In this document: one piece after another, positions 42,600 to 57,019 of the stretch
How the letters are laid out: each line of letters starts with the position of its first letter
Numbering within the stretch: the stretch's first letter is position 1
Assembly: GCF_009914755.1 (NCBI RefSeq)
Contig: NC_060927.1
From: the human T2T-CHM13v2.0 reference genome, Homo sapiens
Reading direction: 5' to 3' (one strand)
Length of the DNA: 64,000 nt
Notes under the pieces: model-generated
The model's database searches: none
The model's input: only the letters and a program-made list of their open reading frames with translations
Told to the model about the DNA's origin: nothing
Translations under genes and position numbers: made by a program

Positions 42600-43385
42600 A
42601 GAATTCAGCTGGCCTTTGTCCCTGGTTCCTGAGAGGTAGCTTCTAAACCTTTAAAATTTCCAGAGTGGTAAGAGTATCTTTGTCATTTATAGTGTGTCCC
42701 CTGAGATCACCTCTGAGCTTGTGCTAACCAACTAACACATGGTGAGCCACTAGATAGTTTATGCTAATTTGGCTCAACATGGGGGCTAGCCATGCCAAAA
42801 GACCAACCATGTGATTAAAAGATTAACACTTTGAACCAGGTGATATCAGCCTGACCTCCAGGGAAGGGAAGAGGAAATAGAGATTAAGTTCGATTGCCTG
42901 GCCAATGATTCAATTAATCATGCCCACATAATGAAACCCCAAGAAAAACTCTGGACACTAAACTCAGTTGTGCTTCCCTGACTGGCAATCCTCTGCGCGT
43001 GTTGTTACACATCAACGTGCTGGGAGGGTGACATCCTGACTCCACAAGCAAAGGACACTGGAAGCTTGGTATTTGGGACCCTTCCAGACTTTGCCCTGTG
43101 TGACTCTTCTTTTGGCTATTTCTGATTTGTATCCTTTTTGCTGTAATAAAACTGTAATTGTAACTATAACACTTTCCTGAGTTCTGTGAGTCACTCTAGC
43201 AAATTATGAAATCTGAGGAGGTAGTGAGCACCCCTAAATTTGTAGCCAGTTGATCAGAAATGAGGGTGGCCCTGGGAACCTCATAGTCTGCGGCTGGTTT
43301 CTGAAGTAAAGAGAGCCTGGTGGAGGACTGTGCTTTTAATTGATAAAGCTTGACCTAACTCTGGGTAGGTAGTGTCAGAAATTAC
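42600..43385 (+). mobile_element. MER21-like LTR
   Basis: ggggctagccatgccaaaagaccaaccatgtgatta and ctttcctgagttctgtgagtcactctagcaaatta motifs. Confidence 0.7.
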
Positions 43386-43389
43386 TGAA

Positions 43390-45600
43390 GCAATGAACAA
43401 TCAAACCAAAAACTAATAATAAATGATCATATAAAAGAGGAGGAAGAGAACAGATGGGCCGGGACAAGGTCGAAGTTATACCTCTCTGAATGTACCTTGT
43501 TTTAGGGCTTGACTTTGAAATCATGAAATTGTTTTTACATAATTGAATCACAAAATTGAATCAAGATAAAAAAAATCCCTAAAAATTAAAAACTGAAACA
43601 AAGGAACCTAACTCTATATCAAGTTAGTACCATAACCATACATAAAATTATTTCAAGTGACTTAAAATACAGTATTTTGATTGTACATCCCTAGAAGGGA
43701 TCATAAGGTCAAAACAAACCAAAAGGAATCAATACTATATTCAGGGGTCATGTGGCCGGTTGCAATACTGGTATTGTTATTTTGAAAAGGTGTGGAGGCA
43801 ACAGGCACACCCCAGCCCCAAAATTATGCTTTCTAAAACCATTATTCTTTAAAGGAAACAAAAGCTCTTTGGACAAATGACTGGCCCCACGTACGGGGAA
43901 GGAAACATACAGGAACCTAGTACATCTTGTCATAACAGAAATCAAAGAATTTATCAAAGACTACTGGGACCCATCAATAGCACATTGGAGCCAACTTGAA
44001 GGAGCACTCACTGGCCAAAGATGGGATCAAGTGAGCATCAAAAATAATGATAATTGTGACAGATTGAAACATACCAAATATGTACAAATATATTTTTAAT
44101 ACATACAATATATAAAAATTCACTGATTCATAATGATAATTTTATAAAGCCATCAATGGATATCTTTGGGGTTGCTGGGGTACCAACTTATTCTGAAATG
44201 ACATACAAAAGGAAAGAATCAAGCATTTATCCTGCCTTTCCTATTCAGACTATATTTTGGGGTAACCAAATAATTGATAAAAATTCTTTGTCAAAGAATC
44301 ACACCTAATAAGTGTAAGAAGAGTGAATGATTTAGAAAAATCACTATTTTGCAACATCTAATGAAATCGTAGATACAGATAATGATTGTCAATGGCTTCC
44401 AAAGCACTGGGTGAAAGACTTTATAATGGAAGGATCAGGCTGAAACCACCTGAACCACCTGATCAGCATTAAGATCATTGAAAGTTAAAAAAACAGATTT
44501 TATATGCTTCCTGATGTGATTCAATGGGAAATACACAGCACCACCCATACAGTAATTTTGCCAAATAAATAAATATTTAAAAATTTTATAGCTGGGTGCA
44601 GTGGCATGTGCCTGGAGTCCCAGCTACTTGGGAGGCTAAGGAGGAAGGATCACTTCAGCCCAGGCTTTTGAGGCCAATCTGAGCAAAATAGTGAGAAATA
44701 CCTGTCTCAAAAAAAAGATTAATGAAAAACCTAAATCTAATCAAATCTACAGTTCTAATTGCTCATTTTCAGGAAAAAAAAGGTAATGGAATAATATGTA
44801 ACATGTAAAATCACAGTTTAAAAATTAAGTCAAATATAAAAGGCAATTCTATAGTTCAAATGACTCCATTTCTCATCAAATAAGTAGCATTAATATTTCA
44901 GTATTAGATGATTATGAAATTATAAATAGGTATAATAGATTAATATTATTATTTGGGGGTGTTATCATGGTGTGATCATGGGTATTGTGGCTAAGCTTCT
45001 GAAAAGTCTATCTGTTAGAGGTACACACTACTATATTTACAGATTAAATAATAAAATGCCTGGAAATTACTTTCAAATACTCCAAAAAAAAAAAAAAAGC
45101 ATGGGGAAGAGATGATACAAGAATGGCAGAAAATTGATAATTAGTGAAGTTGGGTGATGGGTCATGAGTATTCATTATAACATTCTCTCTAGTTTTGTGC
45201 ATGTTTGAAAATCTCTGTAATAAAAAGTAAAAGATAAACAAGATCATCTTAATTGATGCAGAAAAATTCATTTGATCATGTTCAACCTTCATTCATAATT
45301 CATTCATAATTGCTATTCTCAGCAAACTGGGAATAGAAGGGAATTTATTTAATCTGATAAAGTGTGCTTTCAAGATCTACAGTAAACATTATAGTTAATA
45401 ATGAAACAGAAGTTCCTTTTTTTGAATCAGGAATAAAACAAGGATATTTTGTCCATAATATTACTATTTCTCAGCTACACTGAATTAGGGGACTTAGTAC
45501 AAGCCAAGAAAAAAGAAACAGGAGTAAGAAGGAAGAGTTCATTTTCTCAGATAAAATGATTGTCTATATAGAAAACCCAAAGTAACTGTAAAAAATTAGA
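43390..45600 (+). mobile_element. Old L1M fragments (3' UTR and ORF2) with a FLAM at about 44590-44716
   Basis: L1MC/MD 3' UTR motifs; ttaattgatgcagaaaaa and atgattgtctatatagaaaaccc ORF2 remnants. Confidence 0.6.
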
Positions 45601-46151
45601 ATTGTTAGCACCAGCATACAGATCTGCTGCAACCTCAATTATTGCCTCCTCAGAAGAAAGAATTCGACCAAGAGGCATAAGGCAGAGGAAGAGACTAAAG
45701 CAAGTTTTCGAGCAGGAGTGAAAGTTTATTAAAAGGTTTTAGAGCAGGAATAAAAGGCAGTAAAGTACACTTGGAAGTGGGGCCCAGCGGGCATCCTGAG
45801 AGATTCAAGTGCTCTATTTGGCCTTTGACATGGCCTTCTCCCCTAATTCTTCCTTTGGGGTGGGCTGTCCGCAGGCACAGTGGTCTGCCAGCACTTGGGA
45901 GGGGCCACATGCACAGTGTTTTATTGAAGTTATACTCATGCTCACTTAAGGCTGTTTGTTTGTTTGTTTTGCCATCCCTTCTGCTGAGGGTACCCCATAG
46001 TAGGCATTGCACTTGGAGTTCTAGGGGATTGGGACAAGGTTTGGAGATGACAGTACTGATAGCAATGAGGGCAGCAACCAAAACAAGCAAGCAAGGAGGC
46101 CTATAAACAAAGAAACAAGAGGGCAGGGAAAGCCGGAGCCATGAAGACCAC

Positions 46152-49100
46152 TTTTTTTTTAATCTATTCTATTTTCTCATTTCAATAGTTTTGGGGGAAC
46201 AGGTGATGTTTGGTTGCATGGAAAAGTTCTTTAGTGGCGATTTCTGAGATTCTGGTATACCCATCACCCCAGCAGTGCACACTGTACCCAATATATAGTC
46301 TTTTATCTCTCAGCCACCTCCGACCCATCCCCCTGAGTCCCCAAAGTCCATTATATCATTCTTTATGCTTTTGAATCGTCATACCTTAGCTTCTATTTAT
46401 AAGTGAGAATACACAATGTTTGGTTTTCCATTCCTGAGTTACTTCACTTGGAATAATGATGTCCAATTCCACCCAAGTTCCTGCCAGTGCCATTATTTCA
46501 CTCCTTTTTATGGCTGAGTAGTATTCTATGGTGTATATATATATCATATTTCTTTATCCACTCATTGTTTGACGGGCATGTAGGCTGGTTCCATATTTTT
46601 GCAATTGCAAACTGTGCTGCTGTAAACATATGTATGCAAGTCTTTTTTTCATTTAATTATTTATTTTCCTCTGGGTAGATACCCAGTAGTGGGATTACTG
46701 GATCAAATGGTAGTTCTACTTTTAGTTCTTTAAGGAATCCCCACAGTGATTTCCATAGTGCTTGTACTAGTTTACAGTCCCACAAGCAATGTAAACGTGT
46801 TCCTTTTTACTATATCCATGCCAACATTTTTTTTTTTAATTATGGCTATTCTTGCAGGGGTAAGGTGGTATCTCATCGTGGTTTTGATTTGCATTTCCCT
46901 GATAATTAGTGATGTTGAGCATTTTTTCATATGTCTGTTAGACGTTTGTATATCTTCTTTTGAGAATTGCCTATTCATCCCAGTGCAGTGGCTAACGCCT
47001 GTAATCCCAGCACTTTTGGGAGGCCAAGGTGGACAGATCACCTAAGGTCAGGAGTTCGAGACCAGCCTGGCCAACATGGTGAAGCCCTGTCTCTAATAAA
47101 AATACAAAAATTAGCTGGGCATGGTGGCATGTGCCTGTAATCCCACCTACTTGGGAGGCTGAGGCAGGAGAAATCACTTGAGCCCAGGAGGCGGAGGTTG
47201 CAGTGAGCCAAGATCATGCCATTGCACTCCAGCCTGGGCAATAAGAGTGAGACTCTGTCTCAAAAAGAGAGACAGGTCTGTTCATGTCTTTGCCTACTTT
47301 TTGATGAAATTATTTGCTTTTTTTCTTGCTGATTTGTTTGAGTTCTTGGTATATTCTGGATACTGGTCTTTTGTCGGATATATAGTTCGTGAATATTTTC
47401 TCCCACTCTGTGGGCTGTCTGTTCATTCTGCTGATTCTTTCTTTTGCTGTGCAGAAGCTTTTTAGTTTAATTAGGTGCCATCTATTTATCTTTGTTTTTG
47501 TTGTGTTTGCTTTTGGGCTCTTGGTTATGAACTCTTTGCCTAAACCAATGTTTAGAAGAGTTTTTATCTATGTTATCTTCTAGAATTTTTATGATTTCAG
47601 GTTTTAGATTTAATTATTTGATCCATCTTGAGTTGATTTTTGTATAAGGTGAGAGATGAGGACCCAGTTTCATTCTTCTACATGTGGCTTGCCAATTATA
47701 CCACCACCATTTCTTGAATAGGATATTCTTTCCCCACTTTATGTATTTGCTTGGTTGAAGATCAGTTGGTTGTAAATATTTGGCTTTATTTCTGGATTCT
47801 CTATTCTGTTCCATTGGTCTATGTACCTATTTTTATACCAATATCATGCTCTCTTGATGGTGATAGGCTTGTAGCATAGTTTGAAGTCAGGTAATGTGAT
47901 GCCTCCAGATTTGTTCTTTTTGCTTAGTCTTGTTTTGGCTATGTGGGCTCTTTTTTGGCTTCATGTGAATTTTAGGATTATTTTTTCTAGTTCTGTGAAG
48001 AATGATGATGGTATTTTTATGGGAATTGCATTGAATTTGTAGATTGCTTTTGGCAGTATGGTCATTTCTACAATATTGATTCTACCCATCCATGAGCATG
48101 GGATGTGTTTCCATTTGTTTGTGTCATCTATGATTTCTTTCAGCAGTGTTTTATAGTTGTCCTTGTAGAGATCTTTCACCTCGTTAGTTAGGTATATTCC
48201 TACATTTGTTTGTTTTTGTTTGTTTGTTTTTGTTTGTTGGTGGGTCGGTTTTTTGCAGCTATTATAAAAGGGTTTGAGTTCTTGATTTGATTCTCAGCTT
48301 GGTTGTTGGTGGTGTACAGCAGTGCTACGGATTTGTGTACATTGATTTTGTATCCTGAAACTTAACTGAATTCATTTATCAGATCTAGGAGCTTTTTGGA
48401 TGGGTCTTTGGGGTTTTCTAGGTATACAATCCTATCATTGGTGAACAGAAACAGTTTGACTTCCCCTTTACCAATTTAGATGCCCTTTATTTCTTTTTTC
48501 TGGTTGCTCTGGCTAGGACTTCCAGTACACTGTTGAATAGCAGTGGTGAAAGTGGGCATCCTTGTCTTGTTCTAGTTCTCAGGGGGAATGCTTTCAACTT
48601 CTCCTCATTCAGTATAATGTTGGTTGTGGGTTTGTCATAGATGGCTTTTATTACCTTGAGGTATATCCCTTCCATGCCGATTTCACTGAGGGTTTTATTC
48701 ATAAAGAGATACTGGATTTTTTCAAATGTTTTTTCTCCCTCTATTGAGATGCTCATATGATTTTACTTTTAATTCTGTTTATGTAATGTATCACATTTAT
48801 TGACTTGTGTATGTTAAACCATACCTGTATCCTTGGTATGAAACCCACTGATCATGGTGTATTACCTTTTTGATATGCTGTTGGACTTGGTTACCTACTA
48901 TTTTGTTGAGGATTTTTGCATCTATATTCATCAGGGATATTGGTCTGTAGTTTTCTCTTTTTTTTAATGTCCCTTCCTGGTTTCGGTATTAGGGTGATAC
49001 TGGCTTCATAGAATGATTTAAGGAGGATTCTCTCTTTCCTCTATCTTTTGGAATAGTTTCAGTAAGATTGGTACCAATTCTTCCTTGAATGCCTGATAGA

Positions 49101-52100
49101 ATTCAGTTGTGAATCCATCTGGTCCTGAACTTTTTTGTTGGTATTTTTTTTATCAGTGTTTCAGTCATTACTTCTATTTGGTCTGTTCACAGTTTCTATT
49201 TCTTCCTCATTTAATCTAGGAGGGTTTTATATTTCCAGGAATTTATCCATGTCCTCTAGACTTTCTAGTTTGTGCACGGAAAAGTGTTCATAGTAGCCTT
49301 GAATGATCTTTTGTATTTCTGTGTTATCAGTTGTAATATCTCTTGTTTTGTTTCTAATTGAGCATATTTGGATCTTCTCTCTTCTTTTCTTGGCTACTCT
49401 CACTAATGGTCAATCAATTTTGTTTATCTTTTTCAAAGAACCAGCTTTTTGTTTCTAAGTCTTTTGTATTTTTTTGTTTGAATTTCATTTTGTTTTGCTC
49501 TGATCTTTGTTTCTTCCTTTCTTTTCTTCTTTTCTGTTTGAATTTCATTTAGTTCTGCTCTGATCTTTGTTTCCTTCTTTTCTTCTGCTGGGTTTGGGTT
49601 TGTTTGTTCTTGTTTCTCTAGTTCCTTGAGGAGTGACCTTAGATTGTCTATTCATGCTCTTTCAGACTTTTTGATGTAGGCATTTAATGTTATGAACTTT
49701 CCTTTTAGCAATGCTTTGGCTGTATCTCAGAGATTTTGATAACTTGTGTCACTGTTATTCAGTTCAAAGAATGTTTTAATTTCTATCTTGATTTCATTGT
49801 TTACCCAAAGATCATTCAAGAGCAGATTATTTAATTTCCATGTGTTTTTATAGTTTTGAGGGTTCTTTTTGGAGTTGATTTCCAGTTTTATTCCACTGTG
49901 GTCTGAAAGCGTACTTGATATAATTCTGATTTTCTAAAATTTATTGAGATTTGTTTTGTGGCCTATCATATGGCCTATCTTGGAGAATGTTCCATGTGCT
50001 GATAAAAATAATGTATATGTTGGTTAGAATGCTCTGTAAACATCTGTTAAGTCCATTCGTTCTAGGGTATAGTTTAAGTCCATTGTTTCTTTGTTGGCTT
50101 TCTGTCTTGATGACCTGTTTAGTGCTGTAAGTGAAGTATTGAAGCCACCCACTATGATTGTGTTGCTGTCTATCTTGTTTCTTATGTCTAGTAATAATTG
50201 TTTTATAAATTTGGGAGCTCCAGTGTTAGGTGTATATATGTTTAGGATTGTGATATTTTCCTGTTGCACCGATCTTTCTATCATTATATAACCTCCCTCT
50301 TTGTCTTTTTTAATTGTTGTTACTTTTAAGTCTGTTTTGTCTGATATAGGAATAGCTACTCCTGCTCACTTTTGGTTTCCATTTGCATGGAATATCTTTT
50401 TCTACCCCTTTACCTCAAGTTTATGTGAGTCCTTATGTGTTAGGTGAAACTCTTGAAGATAGCAGATACTTGGTTGGTGAATTTTTATCCATTCTGACAT
50501 TCTGTATATTTTAAGTTGAGCATTAAATGTTAGTATTGAGATATGAAGTACTATTTCATTCATCATCTAGTTGTTGCCAGATGGTTTTTCTTCGTTGCAT
50601 TATCATTATTGTTTTTATTGTGAGATTTATGTGTCAAGAAGTTTCTATTTTGGTGTATTTTGAAGTTTTGTTTCAAGATTTAGAACTCCTTTTACCATTT
50701 CTTATAGTGCTGGCTTGGTAGTGGTGAATTCTCTTGGCATTTGTTTGTCTGAAAAAAACTTTATCTCTCCTCCATTGATGAAGCTTAGTTTTGCCGGATA
50801 CAAAATTCTTGGCTGGACATTATTTTGTTTGAGGGGGCTAAAGATAGAACCCCTATCTCTTTGAGCTTGTAGGGTTTCTGCTGATAAATCTGCTGTTAAT
50901 CTGATAGGTTTTCCTTCATAGGCTACCTGATGGTTTTGCCTCATAGCTCTTAAGATTGTTTCCTTAGTCTTTACTTTAAATAATCTGATGTCTATGTGCC
51001 TGCATGATGATCTTTATGCAATGAATTTCCCAGGTGTTCTTTGCCTGGGAAACACTTGTATTGGATGTCTTGTATTTGGATGTCTTGTATTTGGATGTCT
51101 AGATCTCTAGTGAGTCCAGGGAAGTTTTCCTCAATTATTCCCTCAAATATGTTTTCTGAACTTTTAGATTTCTCTCTTTCTCAGGGAAACCAATTATTCT
51201 TAGGTTTGGCCATTTAACATAATCCCAAATTTCTTGGAGGCTTTCTTCATTTTTTAATTCTTTTTTCTTTGTCTTTGTCTTTGAAAGCTTTGTCTTTGAG
51301 CTCTGAAGTTCTTTCTTCTACTTGTTCTAGTCTGTTGTTGACACTTTCCAGTGCATTTTGTATTTCTCTAAGTGTGTCTTTCATTTTCAGATATTGTGAT
51401 TGTTTTTTCTTTATGGTATCTATTTCTCTGGGGAATTTTTCATCCATATCCTGTATTGTTTTCTGAATGTCTTTAAGTTGGTTTTCACCTTTCTCTGGTA
51501 TCTCCTTAAGTAGCTTAATGATCAACCTTCTGAATTTTTTTTTCTGGCAATTCAGAGATTTCTTCTTGATTTGGATCAATTTCTGGTGAGCTAGTGTGAT
51601 CTTTCAGCGGTGTTTTATAGAACCTTGTTTTGTCATATTACCAGAATTACTTTTCTGGTTCCTTCTCATTTGAGTACACCATTTCAGTGGAAAAATCTGG
51701 AACTCACGGCCTGATGTTCAGATTTTTTTGTCCCATGGGATGATCCCTTGATGTGGTGCTCTCCCCCTTCCCCTAGGGATGGGGCTTCCTGAGAGCCATA
51801 GTGCAGTGATTATTATTGCCCTTCACGGTCTAGCCACCCAGTGGGGCTACCAGGCTCTGGGCTGGTGCTGGGGAATGTCTGCAAAGAGTCCTGTGATGTC
51901 ATGAATCTTCAGCTCTCTCAGCCGTGGATACCAGCACCTGCTCTGGTGAAGGTGGTGGGGGAATGAAGTAGACTCTTTGAGAGTCCTTGGTTGTAGATAT
52001 GTTCAGCGTGCTGAATATATGCTGGTTATGCTAGCAATGAAATTGTCCCATGGACAGACTCGGGATCTCTGGTTAGCCAGGATGTTGCAGGCAATTGAAT

Positions 52101-52620
52101 TAGCTATTATTTGCTCCTTCCTTGGAGCAGGGTTATTCTGTCATGAGTTGCTGTAATGTCCTGACTTGGTTGGCATCCATCCAAGAGATGGCACTTTCAA
52201 GAGTGCACCAGCTGCAATAGTAGAAGTGGGATATAAGCTTGCCCTAAGTTGGCCAGTGTAAGTATTCAGGTTTCTCAGGCAAGGGGCAGGGTCATAAAGC
52301 TCCCAAGAATTTATGTCTTTTGTGATTGGCTACCAGGGCAAGTAGAGAAAGACCATCAGGTGGGGAAAGAGTTAGGCAAGTCTGACTCAGACTCTCCTTG
52401 GGCAGGGCTTGCTGCAGCCACTGCAGAGAACTGGGGGAGGGAGGAGGCTCTTGGGCCAATGGGGTATGTTTCAGAGCGGATTATGGCTGCCTCTGTGGCC
52501 AAGGAAGTGGGGGAAAGCTGGTAGCAATAGGCCTCACCCAGCTGAGATGCTGTTGGCAAGGCCGGTCTCACTCTTGCCATGCCCTGCTAACAGTGGTGAG
52601 TGCAGGCAGCCTACACACCT
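46152..52620 (-). mobile_element. Near full-length L1PB (L1PB1-like), inactive
   Basis: L1PB 3' end; minus-strand ORF2 endonuclease (ITILNIYTPNTGAP) and RT ([12 protein letters not shown]) and ORF1 (GKPIRLTADLSAETLQA) peptides; 5' UTR to about 52620. Confidence 0.92.
46979..47266 (+). mobile_element. AluS inside the L1PB
   Basis: Dimeric Alu; flanks ctattcat / ctgttcat. Confidence 0.93.
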
Positions 52621-53073
52621 TATAGCATTTTTCCCTTACTAGTTGAGTGTTCCTAAAGGAAGGTCATTTACCAGTTAAACTCCATCATTTTGCCTCTTAG
52701 TGCACGTGCTTGAGCCCACTTGCCCAACTCCTCAGATCTTATCAGGAAGCTGCTGATCTATCTATTGGGAGACTTTCCCTGGAGCCTTTCCCTGGACCTG
52801 GCTGTGACCAATTATTATTTTAGAAAGACAGTTTAACAACGACCTGACCATCACCTGATGGTTACCTGACATTCCTGGTTATGGGGTGAGGGCCTCTCCT
52901 GGCCTGCTCGTCTGCCTAACTTTCTTTCTAGAATCACTAGGAGTTTAGCAAAGGAATAATAAAGATAACTGTCAGAATGGATTTTTCCTCAGGGGTGGGG
53001 GTAGGAAGAGGATTCCAATGGGGTAGGACACTGGTAGTGTGGAGAAAGCTGTTTATTATTCCATATACCTTGT

Positions 53074-53107
53074 AGTGTGTGTGTGCGTGTGTGTGTGTGT
53101 GCGTGTG
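53074..53107. repeat. Interrupted (TG)n microsatellite
   Basis: Direct read. Confidence 0.9.
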
Positions 53108-54149
53108 CTTTTGTTTGTATGATATACTAATTTTTAAAAGCAACTAAAAAATGATTATTTGTTTCTGGAATATCTAGAGCATAAAGCATATGGAAACATC
53201 TGTTTGGTATACTAAAGACATAATGCTTGCTTTGACTGGGAAAATCACAATAACTTGTTCTTGAATGTCACTTGCCATTTTCAAAAGTATCACCAAGTTG
53301 TTGGCAAATGGTAGTGTGAACTTGGGGTTGCCAAATATTCAGATCTTTACAAGAAAAGCTGGAAGTAAAAATTTTTCATGTATGCAACTAATTTAACTAT
53401 TTGGAAACAGTAAATGAATCAATACGATGAAGGTCAAACAAAGCCATCCATGTGTATGTTGCCAGGCTATGACCTCTGTTCTAGATTCATAGTCTCTTAG
53501 AGGTAGTCTTAGACCCCGAGTGAGTAGGGTCATTCCTTTTAGATAGGACATGAGCTCTTCAGTATACTCCACAACTCCCCATTCTTCTCACATCCTGCCA
53601 TCTTCATTCTTCTATATTTTCTGCCTGGCCCCACGAGATGGCAGTTTGTAAACCAACTCCTCTTCCCTATTCTATGACATTGATAGGAATCTACCTGTAT
53701 TTCTCTCAATCCACCATCAGAGGGCAGGCATGGGAAATAAAAGATGAAAAACCATAGATTTTGCAACTACTGGTACATTCAGAGAAAGGAATCCAGGGAT
53801 CAACCACAAAAGTCATTTTGTGTTTTTCTGAGTTTAGAAGTATTCTGCAAACATAAAGTATGAGGGTGGGAGTGTTCATGCTTTGCAATAGCTGACCTCT
53901 ATAGAGATTCTGCTCTAAGAATCAGAGCTTGGCATTGCTTAGGGGCCTAGCTCAGGACAACCAGGAACATGGCTTCTTTCAGAAAGTCTTACAAATAAGT
54001 AAGAGATTCCATATGCTCTCTCACAGTCACACTTTTCTGCTGAACACATCTGTCAAAGGTAATCTCCTTGATAATCATACATTCTTTGGGGAGAGACTAT
54101 GGAGCAGAGTAGGGATAAGCCAGCCTCTCCCAGTGGGCAATGGGCAATC

Positions 54150-54362
54150 ACAGTGTGCAGTAGCTGGGAAACGTTTGGCAATCAGCTCTCAAAACAAACA
54201 AACAAAACAGCTCTGACTTGTAGCATTTGCCAATTTTTATGGTGTACATACTCCTTCCTTGGCCAACTTTAAGCTTCTAACATGGTGTCATTGAACACAC
54301 AGTTGGGAAGAGATGCACCCAATGGGCTTTTGCCACAACACGCCTGCTTTACCACACCACTG
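54150..54362. mobile_element. MER63-like hAT fossil
   Basis: ttgtagcatttgccaattt...ggtgta motif and terminal tttaccacaccactg. Confidence 0.5.
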
Positions 54363-55067
54363 ACTCCCAGCCCCCACCTCCATTTCAAAGTTACATCTTT
54401 ACTGTAAAAGCAGGCCTATCCCTAATATTTTTAGAGTTTAGGATACAGGTACAAATGGAGGCCCACATACTATATGTCTAGATATTTAAGGTATAAATCA
54501 AACTAACAAATTGTTCACTAAAATATGTCTTATCCTGTCACCTTGACAAATATACCTTTATAACTACCTAGAAAGCCAGGTTTAAATTCAGAATTCTATG
54601 CCTGAACATGCTTACATAGAAGAAGCCATCTCTGGCCCTCCAGCTCAGGCTAACTCCCCTTCTCTTCCCACCCTCAGCACACACAAGCCCTAGCCCTTGC
54701 TGCCAAGCTCTAACCACACCCTCTGCAAACAGCTGCCCCTTGGCCATTTCTTAGGCCTGGGTGTGAGCACATTGACAGTGTAGTCTGTGCACAGGAGAAT
54801 GGGATGAGGGAGGAGGCCACACTCACCTAAAAATGGACTGGTGGTTATTTGAGAAGGGAATTACAGGGCTTCAAGTGCCTGAAGCATGGAGGTGGGGGTT
54901 AGGCTCCAAGAGGGCATGTCCTCGTTGCTCTGGGGATTCCTTAATCTTTGGGCCCAGGACCAACATGGGCCTTTTAAAGTACAGGACTCAAGGCAGGGCA
55001 CTTTCTCTCCCACTCCTGAGAGTGACTAGTGTGCAAAAGTCTCTCCTCTATCAGGATCTTCTGATGA

Positions 55068-55507
<440 letters not shown>

Positions 55508-55569
55508 TCTGCCTCAACATCTCCGAAAGGTTAGTCCATTATATTTGGGTCTTCACTTGTACTTTAAAG

Positions 55570-55875
55570 CAGGGGTCAGCAAACCAAGACCCACAGGCCA
55601 AATCCTGCCCACCCATGTTTGTACAGCCCATGACCTTAGAATACATTTTGAAAGGGCTAATGAAAAAAAATCAAAAGAAGTATATTTCTGGATATGAGAA
55701 AATTATACAAATTCTAATTTCATTATCCATAAAGAAAATTGTACCAGAACACAGCCCTGTTGGTTTACATATTGTCTATGGCTACCATGGCTGTTGACTG
55801 GTTGTGATGGAGACTCATTGGTCCACAAAGCCTAAAATATTTACTCCCTAACCCTTAAGAAAGTTTCCCAACCTG
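55570..55875 (+). mobile_element. MER58B-like hAT-Charlie fossil
   Basis: caggggtcagcaaac...ggccaaatcc start; cacaaagcctaaaatatttact...aagtttcccaacctg end. Confidence 0.8.
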
Positions 55876-55958
55876 TACTTTAGAGTTAAGTTTTTTCCTG
55901 TGTTTCTCCAAAGAAGATTGGTAGTACATAGAGTAAGAAGGATGTGAGCCCCTGAGAG

Positions 55959-56700
<742 letters not shown>

Positions 56701-57019
56701 AGAGGGAAGGGCTAGGAGAGGACAAAAAGGTGGAGACCAGAATTTGGGGCTGGACAGATTGCAGAACTTCACCTCCTGAGAAAAGGGCCTGGGTACATAA
56801 GGACAGAAAGTGGAAGGAAAAATGGGCATGGGAGCCTGTCATGCTTCATCAACACACAGGCCAGTCTTTGCCTTAGTTTCCCCCATTAATCCCATATATG
56901 GTCTCCATTTAATTGGAACTTTAAATCTCCACCGTGGAACTCACCATAGTGCCTTGCTGTGCAATTAATTAACTTTGGGGTTGAATGGCATTGAGGGCTC
57001 ATCATTAAAACATCTAGAG

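Larger units (their letters stand above)
45603..52930 (-). mobile_element. ERV1 MER4-group solo LTR (MER66-like), 45603-45952 + about 52620-52930, split by an L1
   Basis: Both halves have MER4-group LTR character; GAAT flanks at 45599-45602 and 52931-52934. Confidence 0.65.
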
